Shown here piece after piece: positions 1 through 9,612 of a stretch of DNA of 64,000 bases. The translations under genes and the position numbers were made by a program. Under the pieces are notes generated by a model, which was given only the letters and a program-made list of their open reading frames with translations, did no database searches and was not told where the DNA came from. Source of the DNA: an uncultured Chloroflexia bacterium (lineage in GTDB: Bacteria > Chloroflexota > Limnocylindria > Limnocylindrales > CSP1-4). The DNA lies in assembly GCA_963809215.1 (NCBI GenBank), contig CAWEIJ010000002.1, forward strand, positions 1,492,201-1,556,200. The letters are read 5' to 3'. How positions within the stretch are numbered: position 1 is the stretch's first letter; each line of letters starts with the position of its first letter.

Positions 1-1
1 C

Positions 2-298
2 GTGCCCCGGGTCCATCTCGCCGCGCGCGCCGGGCGCATGCCCGACGGCCGCTCAGCGGTGGTGCTTTCCGTGTCGGACGACGGGCCGGGCTTCCCGCCG
101 GGGGCCCTCGAGCAGGCCTTCGACCGCTCGTACCGCGGCGACCCGTCGAGGAGCGGGCCGGGCTCCGGCCTCGGCCTCGCCATCGTCCGCGAGCTTGCCC
201 GGCGCCACGGAGGAGACGCCGCGGCCGAGAACCTCGCGCCCCACGGGGCTCGGGTGAGCGTCGTGCTGCCCGTCGTCCCGGCTACACTCGCTGGGTGA
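2..298 (+). CDS. sensor histidine kinase, C-terminal ATPase (HATPase_c) fragment; 5' end outside window
   Basis: Open from the window edge. SVSDDGPGFP and GSGLGLAIVRELARRHGG resemble the G1/G2 ATP-lid boxes of histidine kinases. Stop overlaps the next start (GTGA, 295-298). Confidence 0.8.
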   Translation: MPRVHLAARAGRMPDGRSAVVLSVSDDGPGFPPGALEQAFDRSYRGDPSRSGPGSGLGLAIVRELARRHGGDAAAENLAPHGARVSVVLPVVPATLAG

Positions 299-1281
299 TA
301 CCGGACGCGTCGACGCCGCCCGACGAGATCGAGATCCTGGCTCGAGAGCGGGCGAGCGCCCGTGCGAGCCGCGACTTCGACCGCGCCGACGTCCTCCGGG
401 CGAGCATCGAGGCGGCGGGCTGGCGGGTCACAGACCGGGGAACCGCCTATCGCCTCGAGCCGGCCGCGCCGCCCACCATCGAGGCCGTGGGAGTCGTGCG
501 CCACGGAAGCGCCGAGACGGTGCCGTCGCTGCTGGATGCGCCGGCCTCGGCCAGGTTCACGATCGTCCTGGTCGCCGACGACCGGCCCGCAGAGCTTGCC
601 CGCATCCTCGACGGCCTGCGGGCGCACGCGCCCGATGGGACCCAGGTCGTGATCGTCGCGAACGACCCGTCGCCGGACCAGGCCGGCCGGCTGGCCGAGG
701 GATCGCCCGATCTCGAGCCCATTGCCGGCACGGAGCCCGAGCTCATCTGGACGAGCGCCCCGCTGGGACACGCCATTGCCCTCAACTCGGGCCTGCGCCG
801 CGCGCGGGGCGAGATCGTGGTGCTCGCGGACACAGCTGTCGAGGCCACCGGCGACGCCCTGTCGCCGCTTGCCGCGGCGTTGGCCGACCCGTCGGTCGCG
901 GTCGCCGGCGGGTTCGGCGTCGCCGGCCCGGACCTTCGCCACCTCGCCGAGGCCACGGGACCCGACGTCGATGCGATCGATGGGCGCTGGCTCGCGTTCC
1001 GCCGGGCGGAGATCGTGCCGCTGGGCCCGCTGGACGGGAAGTTCGCCGTCGAGCGGTGGCTGGACACGTGGTGGAGCCTCGTGCTGCGGGCCGGGCCCGA
1101 CCCGAACGAGCCGCCGCGGCGCGCGGTGCGAGTGGAGCTGCCAGTGGTGCGCCACGAGCGGGCCGCCGCGGACCCGGCCGCTTCGGCGGAGCGCGATCGC
1201 CTTGCCCGGCGCAACTTCTACCGCGTGCTCGAGCGCTTCCGGGGTCGGGCCGACCTGCTCTCGGGATCATCCGGGCGCTGA
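295..1281 (+). CDS. GT-A (family 2-like) glycosyltransferase with N-terminal CysRS-tail-like helical motif
   Basis: 328-aa ORF with a GTG start coupled to the upstream stop. FTIVLVADDRP...VVIVANDPS and IVVLADTAV resemble the GT2 fold/DXD region. Residues about 10-55 resemble the C-terminal tail of cysteinyl-tRNA synthetases. Confidence 0.6.
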   Translation: MIPDASTPPDEIEILARERASARASRDFDRADVLRASIEAAGWRVTDRGTAYRLEPAAPPTIEAVGVVRHGSAETVPSLLDAPASARFTIVLVADDRPAELARILDGLRAHAPDGTQVVIVANDPSPDQAGRLAEGSPDLEPIAGTEPELIWTSAPLGHAIALNSGLRRARGEIVVLADTAVEATGDALSPLAAALADPSVAVAGGFGVAGPDLRHLAEATGPDVDAIDGRWLAFRRAEIVPLGPLDGKFAVERWLDTWWSLVLRAGPDPNEPPRRAVRVELPVVRHERAAADPAASAERDRLARRNFYRVLERFRGRADLLSGSSGR

Positions 1282-1363
1282 CCGGCGCCCGGCGCGACGC
1301 CCCCCCGACGCCCGACGACCGCCGCGAAGGGGCAGCGCCTATCGTGCTGATCCTGACGCGTCC

Positions 1364-2290
1364 CTACGCTGGCGCCCGCCGGCGAGCCGGGAACGCGAGG
1401 CGGCCCTGCGCCAGCGCGACGCCCAACAGGACCACGAGACCCCCGAGCGGCTCGTTGAGCGTCAGCGGCTCGCCGAGCAGCGACGCCCCGACGGCGATCG
1501 CGACGAGGGGCGTCAGGTAGGTGACCGTGCTCGCCATCGTGGCGCCCGCACGTTCGATCACCTGGAAGTTCCAGACGTAGGCGATCCCGGTCCCGAGCGC
1601 CCCGAGCGCGAGCATCGCGCCGAGAACCCGCGGCGTGAGCTCGCCGCTCGGCGCCGTGTCGAGCAGCGCGAACGGCAGGAGCTGCAGGGCGGCGAGCGTG
1701 ATCTGGCCGGTCGCGAGGGCGAGCGGCCGCTCGCCTCTCGGGGCCAGGTAGCGCCGGATGTACGGGAACCCCAGCCCGTAGCACGCGATCGCGCCGAGGC
1801 AGGCCAGAACGCCCAGCGCCTCGTTGCTGCCGACACCGTTCCAGATCCCCACCACGACCAGGATCCCGCCGAAGCCCAGCAGGATTCCCGCGATGGTGGA
1901 AGCCGTCGGGCGGTCGGCCCGGAACGCCAGGAACATCACGAGGATCGTGGCCAGCGGGGTCACGGCGTTGATGATCCCAGCGACCACGGAGGAGACGTGC
2001 GTCTCGCCGAGGGCGAAGAGCGTCGAAGGCACGCTGTTGAGGAGGAGCCCGACCACGAAGAGGTGGGCCCAGGTCCGGCGGTCGCGAGGCAGCCGGACCC
2101 GCGTCACGGCGGCCAGCACAAGCAGCGTGACGGCACCGAGCGCCTGCCGCCCGAACGCCACGTGGATCGGCGAGAGCGCCTCCAGGCCCACCTTGATGAA
2201 CAGGAACGAGCAGCCCCAGATGAGCGCCGCGCCGACGTACGGGAGGAGCCACTCGCGCCCCGAACCCTGCGCAGCCGCGATCCGGGTCAC
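1364..2290 (-). CDS. EamA/DMT-family permease
   Basis: GTG at 2290 overlaps the upstream stop (GTGA). About 10 hydrophobic helices in two EamA-like halves ([39 protein letters not shown]). The longer ORF-track start at 2902 lies inside the upstream gene and is Arg/Pro-rich shadow. Confidence 0.8.
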   Translation of the reverse strand: MTRIAAAQGSGREWLLPYVGAALIWGCSFLFIKVGLEALSPIHVAFGRQALGAVTLLVLAAVTRVRLPRDRRTWAHLFVVGLLLNSVPSTLFALGETHVSSVVAGIINAVTPLATILVMFLAFRADRPTASTIAGILLGFGGILVVVGIWNGVGSNEALGVLACLGAIACYGLGFPYIRRYLAPRGERPLALATGQITLAALQLLPFALLDTAPSGELTPRVLGAMLALGALGTGIAYVWNFQVIERAGATMASTVTYLTPLVAIAVGASLLGEPLTLNEPLGGLVVLLGVALAQGRLAFPARRRAPA

Positions 2291-4308
2291 GGCGCGACAG
2301 ACCCCGGCAGGCCCTCGAGCGCCAGCAGGAATGCCTTTCGCGCGACGCCACCCGCGTAGCCGGTGAGGGCTCCGTCCGATCCGACGACGCGATGGCACGG
2401 CACGACGATGGAGACGGGGTTGCGGCCGACGGCCGCGCCGACCGCCCGTGCGGCACCGGGGCGGCCTGCGCGCCGCGCGAGCTCGCCGTACGTGATCGTG
2501 GTGCCGGCCGGGATCTTCACCAGCTCCGCCCACACGCGGCGCTGGAATGGCGTCCCGCCGAGGGCCAGCGGAAGGTCGAACGTCACGCGCGACCCCGCGA
2601 AGTACTCGTCGAGCTGGCGCGCGACGACACGGAACGCCACGGGATCCTGGACCCAGGACGGGCCGATGGCCGGTCCGTGCCGGTGCTGCTCCATGTAGAT
2701 GCCCGAGAGCCGGACCGGGCCGGCGCCGTCCCGCTCGCCGACGAGCAGCAGCGAACCGATGGGAGAGGCGTGGGACGCGTGGACGATCACGGGGCAGGCT
2801 CCTCCAGGGTGTCGCGACCGATGTCGGTGCCGGCCGTCGCACGGGCGGCCGCGCCGTGGCGCGAGCGACGCCCACAGGTGGTGGGTGGCGTACGACCGCC
2901 ATGGGCCCCAGCGTTCGCCGCGGGCGCGGAGCGCCGCCGGGTCATCGGGCAGGCCGAGCCCGCGGGCAGCCCGGCGAACGCCGAGGTCGTCGGCAAGCAG
3001 CACGTCCGGGTCGCCAAGCGCCCGGAGCGCGACGTAGCCGGCCGTCCACGGACCGATTCCGGGGAGCCGCCGGAGCTCGCGGAGGGCCGCCTCGCGGTCC
3101 ACGCCGGCGTCGAGCACGAGCGTTCCTTCGGCCAGCGCTGCCGCGAGCGCCCGGACGGTCCGGCGTCGCGAGGCGGGCATCGGCAGGCTGGCATCCGCGG
3201 CAGCCGCGATCCGCCCCGGTTCCGGGAACAGGTGCGTCAGGCCGCCGCTCCGCGCGGCGAGCGGTGTTCCCTCGGCCAGCGCCAGGCGGCCGGCGATCGT
3301 GCGCGCGGCGACGACCGAGACCTGCTGGCCCAGGACCGCCCGGATCGCGAGCTCCGCGCCGTCGACCGCCCCGGGCGCTCGCCGCCCCGGGGTCGCGCGG
3401 ACCAGCGGGGCCAGCGCCGGATCGCGGCCCAGCACGTCGTCGACCGCGATCGGGTCGGCGTCGAGGTCCAGCAGCCGCCGCACGCGCGCGACCGCCGGCC
3501 CGAGATCCCGCGGGTCGCTGAGCGCGAGCCGGCATCGCACCGCCGCGCCGTCGTCGAAGACCTCGACGACCGCCGGCCCATGCGGCAGTCGCAGCGTGCG
3601 CCGGTAGGCGTCGTCCACGACCTCCTCGACACCCGGGACCGCGCGCGGGCCCAGGAACGCCAGCAGCGCCCCGAAGTCGAACGGCTCGCGGCGGGCCAGG
3701 CGGATCTCCATGCGGTTCGGGACATGTGGCTCGCGGCCCCGGCGGCGCCGCTCGCGGAGCAGGGTTGGGCTGGCGTCGAAGACGTCGCGGATGGTCGCGT
3801 TGAACTGGCGCAGGGAGGCGAAACCCGCCGCGAACGCGATCTCGGTGATCGCAAGGTCGGTCGTCTCCAGCAGCAGCCGTGCGACGTGGGCGCGCTGCGC
3901 TCGGGCGAGCGCGAGCGGCGCCGCCCCGAGGTCGGCCAGCAGGATCCGGCGGAGCTGTCGCTCGCCGTAGCCGAGGCGTCCGGCCAGCCCCGGCACGCCT
4001 TCGCGCTCCACGACACCGTCCGCGACAAGGCGCATCGCCCGGCCGGCGACGTCGCCGCGAACGTCCCACTCCGGCGAGCCCGGCACGGCGCCCGGGATGC
4101 AGCGCTTGCAGGCCCGGAAGCCGGCCGCCTGCGCCGCCGCGGCCGTCGGGTAGAAGCGCGTGTGCTCGCGCCGCGGCGTCCGGGCGGGACAGCTCGGCCG
4201 GCAGTAGATGCCGGTCGAGGTGACGCCGAGGAAGAAGTACCCATCGAACCGCGAGTCGCGGCTGGCGACCGCGCGGTAGCGATGCTCGAAGTCACTTGGA
4301 ACGGTCAT
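2287..4308 (-). CDS. Ada (Zn methylphosphotriester domain + AraC HTH) / AlkA DNA glycosylase / O6-alkylguanine-DNA alkyltransferase triple fusion
   Basis: Single 673-aa ORF. It has an N-terminal Cys4 Ada motif (YCRPSCP...CKRC), an AraC-type HTH, an HhH-GPD glycosylase region ([31 protein letters not shown]), then an Ogt domain with the PCHRVV active site. Confidence 0.8.
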   Translation of the reverse strand: MTVPSDFEHRYRAVASRDSRFDGYFFLGVTSTGIYCRPSCPARTPRREHTRFYPTAAAAQAAGFRACKRCIPGAVPGSPEWDVRGDVAGRAMRLVADGVVEREGVPGLAGRLGYGERQLRRILLADLGAAPLALARAQRAHVARLLLETTDLAITEIAFAAGFASLRQFNATIRDVFDASPTLLRERRRRGREPHVPNRMEIRLARREPFDFGALLAFLGPRAVPGVEEVVDDAYRRTLRLPHGPAVVEVFDDGAAVRCRLALSDPRDLGPAVARVRRLLDLDADPIAVDDVLGRDPALAPLVRATPGRRAPGAVDGAELAIRAVLGQQVSVVAARTIAGRLALAEGTPLAARSGGLTHLFPEPGRIAAAADASLPMPASRRRTVRALAAALAEGTLVLDAGVDREAALRELRRLPGIGPWTAGYVALRALGDPDVLLADDLGVRRAARGLGLPDDPAALRARGERWGPWRSYATHHLWASLAPRRGRPCDGRHRHRSRHPGGACPVIVHASHASPIGSLLLVGERDGAGPVRLSGIYMEQHRHGPAIGPSWVQDPVAFRVVARQLDEYFAGSRVTFDLPLALGGTPFQRRVWAELVKIPAGTTITYGELARRAGRPGAARAVGAAVGRNPVSIVVPCHRVVGSDGALTGYAGGVARKAFLLALEGLPGSVAP

Positions 4309-4401
4309 GCGCGGAGGATCGCACGGACCGCGAGCCCGCGCTCGCGGGAATCGGACATCGCGGTTGGCACCGCTGCGGTGGGCCCGGGCGGGGTGCGGGC
4401 G

Positions 4402-5658
4402 CTACAGGTGCCGTCCGCCCCCGAGCAGGACGCCGGCAAGTACCACGACCACGAGCGCCGCGACCCCGGCCCAGCGCACGAGACCGAGTGCGAGGCTCCC
4501 GGCGTGGACCATCGAGCCGGCCCCCGCGACCGCCGTGTTGTCGACCCGGCCCGTGGCGTCGACCTGGGACGTCCGGGAGCCGGGCATCCCGCCGCCGGAT
4601 CGTCGGCCGACGAGCGGCAGGTCGGCCGCACCGATCGGCGGGATCACCAGCCCGAGCCAGAGCCCGCCGGCCAGGCCGCCGAGGTGCGCGAAGTTGTCGA
4701 TGTTGCCGCCGAACGTGTTGAGCCCGAAGCCGAGCACGAGGTTGATCACCACGAGGAAGCCGATCTGGCTCATGATCGCCCGCTGCTGGCCCTGGAGCAC
4801 CGGGCGATGCAGCGCCCGCCCGACGAGCAGCACGCCGCACAGGCCGAACAGCGCGCCGGAGGCGCCGACGCTGGGACCCGATCCCAGGAGGAAGCTCGCC
4901 AGCGAGGCCGTCGCGGCCGTGAGCACGTACAGGATCAGGAACCGCGCCGATCCGTACACCTGCTCGACGAGCGGCCCGACCAGGTACAGGAAGTACATGT
5001 TGAAGGCGAGGTGCAGCAGGCTCGCGTGGACCAGCACCGGGCTGACGAGCCGCCACCACTCCCCGTTCCCGAGTCCCCTGTCCAGCTCGAGAAGACGCAG
5101 CAGGTCACTGCCCTCGGGCTGCAGCGCCAGGAACGAGACGACGACCGTCACGCCGAGAATCGCGTAGCTCACGATGGGCGTCCGCTCGCGGCCCCGGCTT
5201 CGCGCGAAGTAGCGGCCCGCGCCTCGCGAGTCGCCCAGCTCCTTGCTCAGCCAGCCGAGGCGCGACGCGATCTCCCCCCGATCCTGGGCCGGGGCGCGGC
5301 GCTCGGCCTCCTTGTAGGCGTCGAACGCGGCCCGCAGCGCGCCCGCCCGGACGCGGGCGGCCGCGACCTGGCGCCAGGCGGCATAGGCAGACGGGTTTTC
5401 CGGCAGACGCGTCACCTGCTCCCAGCTCCAGAGGGCGCCCGCCTCGTCGTCGAGCCGGTAGAGCGATTCACCGGTGCCGAGCAGCGCCGCGCCCGTGATT
5501 GCCGGGTCGGGGAAGCCGATCAGGCGCGCGTAGTGCGCCCGCGCAGCGTCGAACTCGCTCGCCGCCAGCAGGACGTCGGCGCGGGCCAGGAGCGCCTCCG
5601 CCGTCGCGCGGTCCAGGGGTCCCGCGATCTCCGGGTTCGACGTGGTGGGTCCGCTCAT
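4402..5658 (-). CDS. rhomboid-family intramembrane serine protease with TPR-like N-terminal domain
   Basis: 418-aa ORF with multi-TM C-terminal half. It carries the catalytic GASGALFG (GxSG) and HLGGLAGG motifs. The N-terminal about 150 aa are helical-repeat-like. Confidence 0.8.
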   Translation of the reverse strand: MSGPTTSNPEIAGPLDRATAEALLARADVLLAASEFDAARAHYARLIGFPDPAITGAALLGTGESLYRLDDEAGALWSWEQVTRLPENPSAYAAWRQVAAARVRAGALRAAFDAYKEAERRAPAQDRGEIASRLGWLSKELGDSRGAGRYFARSRGRERTPIVSYAILGVTVVVSFLALQPEGSDLLRLLELDRGLGNGEWWRLVSPVLVHASLLHLAFNMYFLYLVGPLVEQVYGSARFLILYVLTAATASLASFLLGSGPSVGASGALFGLCGVLLVGRALHRPVLQGQQRAIMSQIGFLVVINLVLGFGLNTFGGNIDNFAHLGGLAGGLWLGLVIPPIGAADLPLVGRRSGGGMPGSRTSQVDATGRVDNTAVAGAGSMVHAGSLALGLVRWAGVAALVVVVLAGVLLGGGRHL

Positions 5659-5714
5659 CGGGATGACCGTAGCAGAAGGCCGAGCCGCCCGCCGCCGCTG
5701 CTAGACTCGCGGCC

Positions 5715-6440
5715 ATGTGCGGCCGGTTCACACAGCAGCGCCCGAGCGCTGAGCTCGCTGCCCTGTTCGCGGCCGACGACCTCGCCGGGACACCGGGCGG
5801 CCGCTACAACCTCGCGCCGCAGCAATCCGGCCTCGTGGTCGTGGAGCGCCCGGAGGAGGGCCGCGCGATCGCGGCGTATCGCTGGGGGCTGGTGCCGAGC
5901 TGGGCCAGGGACGCCAGGATCGGCAGCCGCCTCATCAACGCCCGCGCCGAGACCGTCGCGACGACGGCGGCCTTCCGAAGCCCGTTCCAGAAGCGGCGCT
6001 GCCTCGTCCCGGCGGACGCGTTCTACGAGTGGGAGCGCGTCGCGGAGTCCATCCGCCAGCCGAACCTGATCCGGCGGGCGGACGGCGAGCCGATGGCGTT
6101 CGCGGGGCTCTGGTCGCCGTGGCGCGACCCGGCCGAGCCCGAGAGCGACTGGATCCGCACCTTCACGATCGTCACCACCACGGCGAACGCGACGCTCGCG
6201 CCAATCCACGACCGGATGCCCGTGATCCTCGCGCCGTCGGACTGGGGCGCCTGGCTGGACCCGGGCACTCCCGACCCCGGCGCGCTCCGGGACCTGCTTC
6301 GTCCGGCGCCCGACGACCTGCTGATCCGGTACCCGGTGACGAAGCGCGTCAACAACGCGCGCAACGACGGCCCCGACCTCGTCGTGCCGCTGGGCCCGCT
6401 CGGTCCCGATCCGGGCGCGCGCCAGCTGACGCTCGGCTGA
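5715..6440 (+). CDS. SOS-response-associated peptidase (SRAP/YedK family, abasic-site sensor)
   Basis: Begins MCGRF (catalytic Cys2). Length of 241 aa and conserved WGLVPSW, NARAET and PADAFYEW blocks fit the SRAP family. Confidence 0.85.
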   Translation: MCGRFTQQRPSAELAALFAADDLAGTPGGRYNLAPQQSGLVVVERPEEGRAIAAYRWGLVPSWARDARIGSRLINARAETVATTAAFRSPFQKRRCLVPADAFYEWERVAESIRQPNLIRRADGEPMAFAGLWSPWRDPAEPESDWIRTFTIVTTTANATLAPIHDRMPVILAPSDWGAWLDPGTPDPGALRDLLRPAPDDLLIRYPVTKRVNNARNDGPDLVVPLGPLGPDPGARQLTLG

Positions 6441-6503
6441 TCGGGCGGTCCGGGCCGCCGACGCGCGGGCCCGGCCGCGATCGGGCGGTCGGGCTCAACG
6501 GGA

Positions 6504-7202
6504 TCAGCCTGCGGCCCGCTCCCATCCGCCCTGCTCCGTCGCCGATCGGAATGCCTCGCCGACGTCCATCCCGCGATCCAGCGCCGCGGCGAGGCGGCCG
6601 ACCAGCGCCGCGAACGCGCCGTCCGGGTCGGTCTCGGGTGCCTCGAGGACGATCGCGGATGCGGGCGCGAAAGGCGTCTCCATTCCATGCGGGGCGACCA
6701 CGATGAGCGCTGCGTCCGCGAACGTGGCGGCGTCGGCGATGACGAGGGAGGACGGCTCGTCGAGCGGGTCCGCGGCCACGAGCACACGGAACTCGCGGAC
6801 GTAGCGGAGCCCGAGCGAGATGTCGGCCGGCTCCATCGCGAGCCCGACCGGCGGCGCGGCCGCACCGGGCCCGTCCAGCGGCTCCTCAGACGTGGGGTCG
6901 TCGTCGAGGAACATGGCAGTCGGCTCCAGGTCGACGGGGTCGGCGACGGCGACATGGGCGGGTGCGATCGGGGTCGCGTGACCCGCGTCCCGGAGCAGGG
7001 CGAGATGCCCCACGCGTTCGCGTCCGAGGGCGAGGAGCACGGCGTCGCCGGATGGGTCGTCGCCGACCTTCCCGATCAGCTGCACCTCGACGCCATCGGC
7101 GGCGGCGGCCCGGGCGATCCCCGCGGCGAGGCCGCCGCAGCCATCGGCCGCGCCGGGCATGGACCCGGGAGCGAACGTGGGCGAGCCGACCACGGCGAGC
7201 AT
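6504..7202 (-). CDS. hypothetical protein, degenerate PfkB/ribokinase-like
   Basis: 232-aa ORF with high GC3. The N-terminus (GGLAAGIARAAAADGVEVQLIGKVGDDPSGD) resembles a PfkB kinase. The C-terminal DPDGAFAALVG sits where the GAGD motif would be, and the centre is acidic and unrelated. Confidence 0.5.
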   Translation of the reverse strand: MLAVVGSPTFAPGSMPGAADGCGGLAAGIARAAAADGVEVQLIGKVGDDPSGDAVLLALGRERVGHLALLRDAGHATPIAPAHVAVADPVDLEPTAMFLDDDPTSEEPLDGPGAAAPPVGLAMEPADISLGLRYVREFRVLVAADPLDEPSSLVIADAATFADAALIVVAPHGMETPFAPASAIVLEAPETDPDGAFAALVGRLAAALDRGMDVGEAFRSATEQGGWERAAG

Positions 7203-7281
7203 TCGGCCAGCCTAACAGGGGTGCAGGGCGCGCTGGGGTGACGCAGGGGAGAACGGCCGCCCCCGCCTGGATGGCTGCCGG

Positions 7282-8106
7282 CTACCCGCCGTGGCTGAAC
7301 GTTGGCGTGGGACTGGGCGTCGGCGTCGGCGTCGGCGTCGGCGTGGCCCTGACGCTGGGCTGCGGGTCCGGCGTCTCGGTCGGCCGTGGCGTCGGCGTCG
7401 GCGTCGGCGTCGGCGTGACCGTCGGCGTCGGGGTCGGGATCGGCGGGCTTGTCGATTCCGGCGTCTGGGTAGGCCGATCGGTCGGCCGCGGCGTGTCCGT
7501 TGGACGCGCCATGTGGTCCCGCGTCGCGGCGGGCGTCGCCACGATCACGGGCACGCCGGTCGTCTCTGGGCTCGCCGACACCCGGGGCTGGCCGGTCGGC
7601 TCCGCTGAAGCGCTCTCCGGGGGCGATGCGGGTGGCGACGGGCTGGCGGACGGTACCGGCGAAGCCGCGACGATCGGCGAGGCGTCCGGCCTCGCCTCGG
7701 GGTTCCGACCGAGCCATCCGGCCAGCGCGCCGGCGCCCGCCGCGCCGACACCCACCGAGCCAAGGACGAGCAGCACGACCAGCGTGATGGCCGGGAACCG
7801 CGCGGCGAACGGCCGGCCGCCCGTGAACGCGACGCGCCAGAGGTCGCCGAGCGCGGTGAGGGCGCCCAGCGGGCTCCGCCGCCGGGCCGCGCCGAACGCC
7901 GCGACGACGGGCCGCGGCGCCGGCTCACGGCTCACGGCGACCATGACCCGGTCCACGAAGTCCGGGCCCGGGCCGACGTCCTCGCGCAGCGCGAGCCATT
8001 CGAGATCGCGTGCGACGCCCAGGAGCTCCGCCTCGCCCGCCGGGCCGAGGTCCGGCGCGTCGAGCTCGCCCGGGCGGAGCTGGCCGGGTCGCTGCGGGCC
8101 TGCCAT
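7282..8106 (-). CDS. anti-sigma factor, single-pass membrane protein with Pro/Thr-rich extracytoplasmic tail
   Basis: ATG at 8106 overlaps the sigma-gene stop (ATGA). One TM segment (FPAITLVVLLVLGSVGVGAAGAGALAGW). The C-terminal about 130 aa are P/T/S-rich and end in (PT)n runs. Confidence 0.7.
   Translation of the reverse strand: MAGPQRPGQLRPGELDAPDLGPAGEAELLGVARDLEWLALREDVGPGPDFVDRVMVAVSREPAPRPVVAAFGAARRRSPLGALTALGDLWRVAFTGGRPFAARFPAITLVVLLVLGSVGVGAAGAGALAGWLGRNPEARPDASPIVAASPVPSASPSPPASPPESASAEPTGQPRVSASPETTGVPVIVATPAATRDHMARPTDTPRPTDRPTQTPESTSPPIPTPTPTVTPTPTPTPTPRPTETPDPQPSVRATPTPTPTPTPSPTPTFSHGG
7326..7436. repeat. two blocks of hexanucleotide (GGCGTC)n microsatellite, 4-5 units each, encoding (PT)n on the minus strand
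   Basis: Read directly: GGCGTC x4 then GGCGTG at 7326-7355, and again at 7388-7417, with degenerate copies to 7436. Confidence 0.9.
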
Positions 8107-8849
8107 CAGGCCGTGCCGTCCGTCTCGAGCGCCCGGCGCAGTCGCTTGAGGCCGCGGTGCAGGTGGGTCTTGACCGTCCCGAGCGGCCGGCCCGCCTGGA
8201 CGGCGATCTCGGCAAGTGACAGCTCGGAGAAGAAGCGAAGCGCGATGACCTCGCGGTAGGGCTCGTCGAGGTTGGCCACGGCGGCACGGATGGACGCCGC
8301 GCGCTCGGCGCGTGCGAAGAGCTGGGCCGGGTCGCCCCCTGCCCGGCCCAGCGCGCCGAGGAGCGCCCGTTCCCCGACCGTGTTCGGGCCACCAGGCTGG
8401 CCGAGGCCGTCGTCGGCCGGGACGGGTCGCGGGTCGATCCAGGCGACCGGGCGCCGCCGGGATGCCTTCCGGACGGCGATCCGGACGCCGATCCGGGCGA
8501 GCCACGCGCCGAAGGGCCCGTCCCCGCGCCACGTCCCGAGCGCGCGATACGCGGTCACGAAGGCCTCCTGGGCCGCGTCCTCTGCGTCGTGGAGATCCCC
8601 GAGGACCCGGTAGCAGCTGCGGACGAGCGCCCGCGACTCGCGCTCAACGAGGATTCGGAACGCGTCCCGGTCGCCGTCGAGCACCGCTGCGACCACCCGA
8701 CGCGCCTCGACGTCGTCCTGGGGCGTCTCGGAGGGGACGACGAGGTCGCGCGGCGCGTCGATCGGGTGGACTCCTCGGTCGGGACGCCGATGACCGGCGT
8801 CGGGAGGCTTGCCACGAGACGATACGCCGCGCGTACCGTCATGCGCCAC
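8106..8849 (-). CDS. ECF (group 4) sigma-70 family RNA polymerase sigma factor
   Basis: Region 2 (DAEDAAQEAFVTAYRALGTW) and region 4 HTH (LSLAEIAVQAGRPLGTVKTHLHRGLKRLR) are present. The GTG at 8849 gives a about 45-aa low-complexity N-terminus, so the true start may be an internal GTG. Confidence 0.85.
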   Translation of the reverse strand: MAHDGTRGVSSRGKPPDAGHRRPDRGVHPIDAPRDLVVPSETPQDDVEARRVVAAVLDGDRDAFRILVERESRALVRSCYRVLGDLHDAEDAAQEAFVTAYRALGTWRGDGPFGAWLARIGVRIAVRKASRRRPVAWIDPRPVPADDGLGQPGGPNTVGERALLGALGRAGGDPAQLFARAERAASIRAAVANLDEPYREVIALRFFSELSLAEIAVQAGRPLGTVKTHLHRGLKRLRRALETDGTA

Positions 8850-8894
8850 ATGGCCCGCCTCCCACGCCGGGTTGTTCGTACCGATGGCGGAGTC

Positions 8895-9422
8895 TTACCC
8901 GTTCCCACCGCCGTCGGATCCGTCGCCCCCACCGTCGTGCGAGCGGACCGGCTCGGGTCGTGCCGTGGCGCCGGTCGTCGGCGTCCCGGAGGGCAGCGCA
9001 GGACGCGCGCCGTCGCGTTCGCCGTCGTTGTCGGACCCGGACCGGTCCTCGTCGCCGGACGTCGGGGCCGGCTCGGCCGTCTCGGTCGGCGCCGGGTGCC
9101 GGGTCGGCCCGGGCGTCTCGGTGGGCTCCGGGGCCTCCGTCGGGTTCGCTCTCTCGGTCCGCTCGGACGTGCTGCCGGACCGCTCGGTCTCGGTCGGCTC
9201 CGAGGTGCCCGTCGTCGCGTCATGGGTCCGGGACGGCTCCGCCGTCTCCGTCGTCTCGACCTCCCGGGCGCCCGTCGAGGTGGCCGCAGACGCGAGGCCA
9301 AGGGACGGGCCGCGCTGGGCACCCATCACGGCGTTTGCCGCGAACGCGGCACCTGCGATGAGGAAGACGGAGACGCCAGCCGCGGCCAGTCCGCGGATGA
9401 GCCTCGGGGTGTATCGATCCAT
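8895..9422 (-). CDS. membrane-anchored Thr/Glu/Pro-rich low-complexity protein
   Basis: ATG at 9422. Has an N-terminal hydrophobic anchor (GLAAAGVSVFLIAGAAFAANAV) followed by TE/PT-rich sequence. It lies directly upstream of, and co-oriented with, the sigma/anti-sigma pair. Confidence 0.55.
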   Translation of the reverse strand: MDRYTPRLIRGLAAAGVSVFLIAGAAFAANAVMGAQRGPSLGLASAATSTGAREVETTETAEPSRTHDATTGTSEPTETERSGSTSERTERANPTEAPEPTETPGPTRHPAPTETAEPAPTSGDEDRSGSDNDGERDGARPALPSGTPTTGATARPEPVRSHDGGGDGSDGGGNG

Positions 9423-9612
9423 GGACGTCGACCTTTCCGTGCGCCGTGTCGCCGGCGAGCCGCCGTGGCCGGCGCCCTGGAGCCGGGCGTGGCTTCGACC
9501 CCGCTACCGTCCTGAGGCAGCGGCGCGCGGAAAGGTTTCGGCCGGGAGACGCCGAGCTCAGCCCTCGCCCCGGGCAACCGGACCAGGCACCTCGCGAAGC
9601 CCGGTTGCGAGG

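Noticed and set aside
2392-6069. 1225-aa ORF on the plus strand, the longest ORF in this part of the window
   Set aside because: It runs antisense to or overlaps four well-supported genes (Ada-AlkA-Ogt, rhomboid, SRAP). Its translation is Arg/Pro/Gly/Asp-rich with no motifs. This is typical stop-free shadow in high-GC DNA.
7326-7436. Possible CRISPR-like or other interspaced repeat arrays (also 22373-22422, 30855-30934, 36814-36897)
   Set aside because: All are short head-to-tail tandem repeats without unique spacers. Three of the four are in-frame inside coding sequences, and no cas genes are present.
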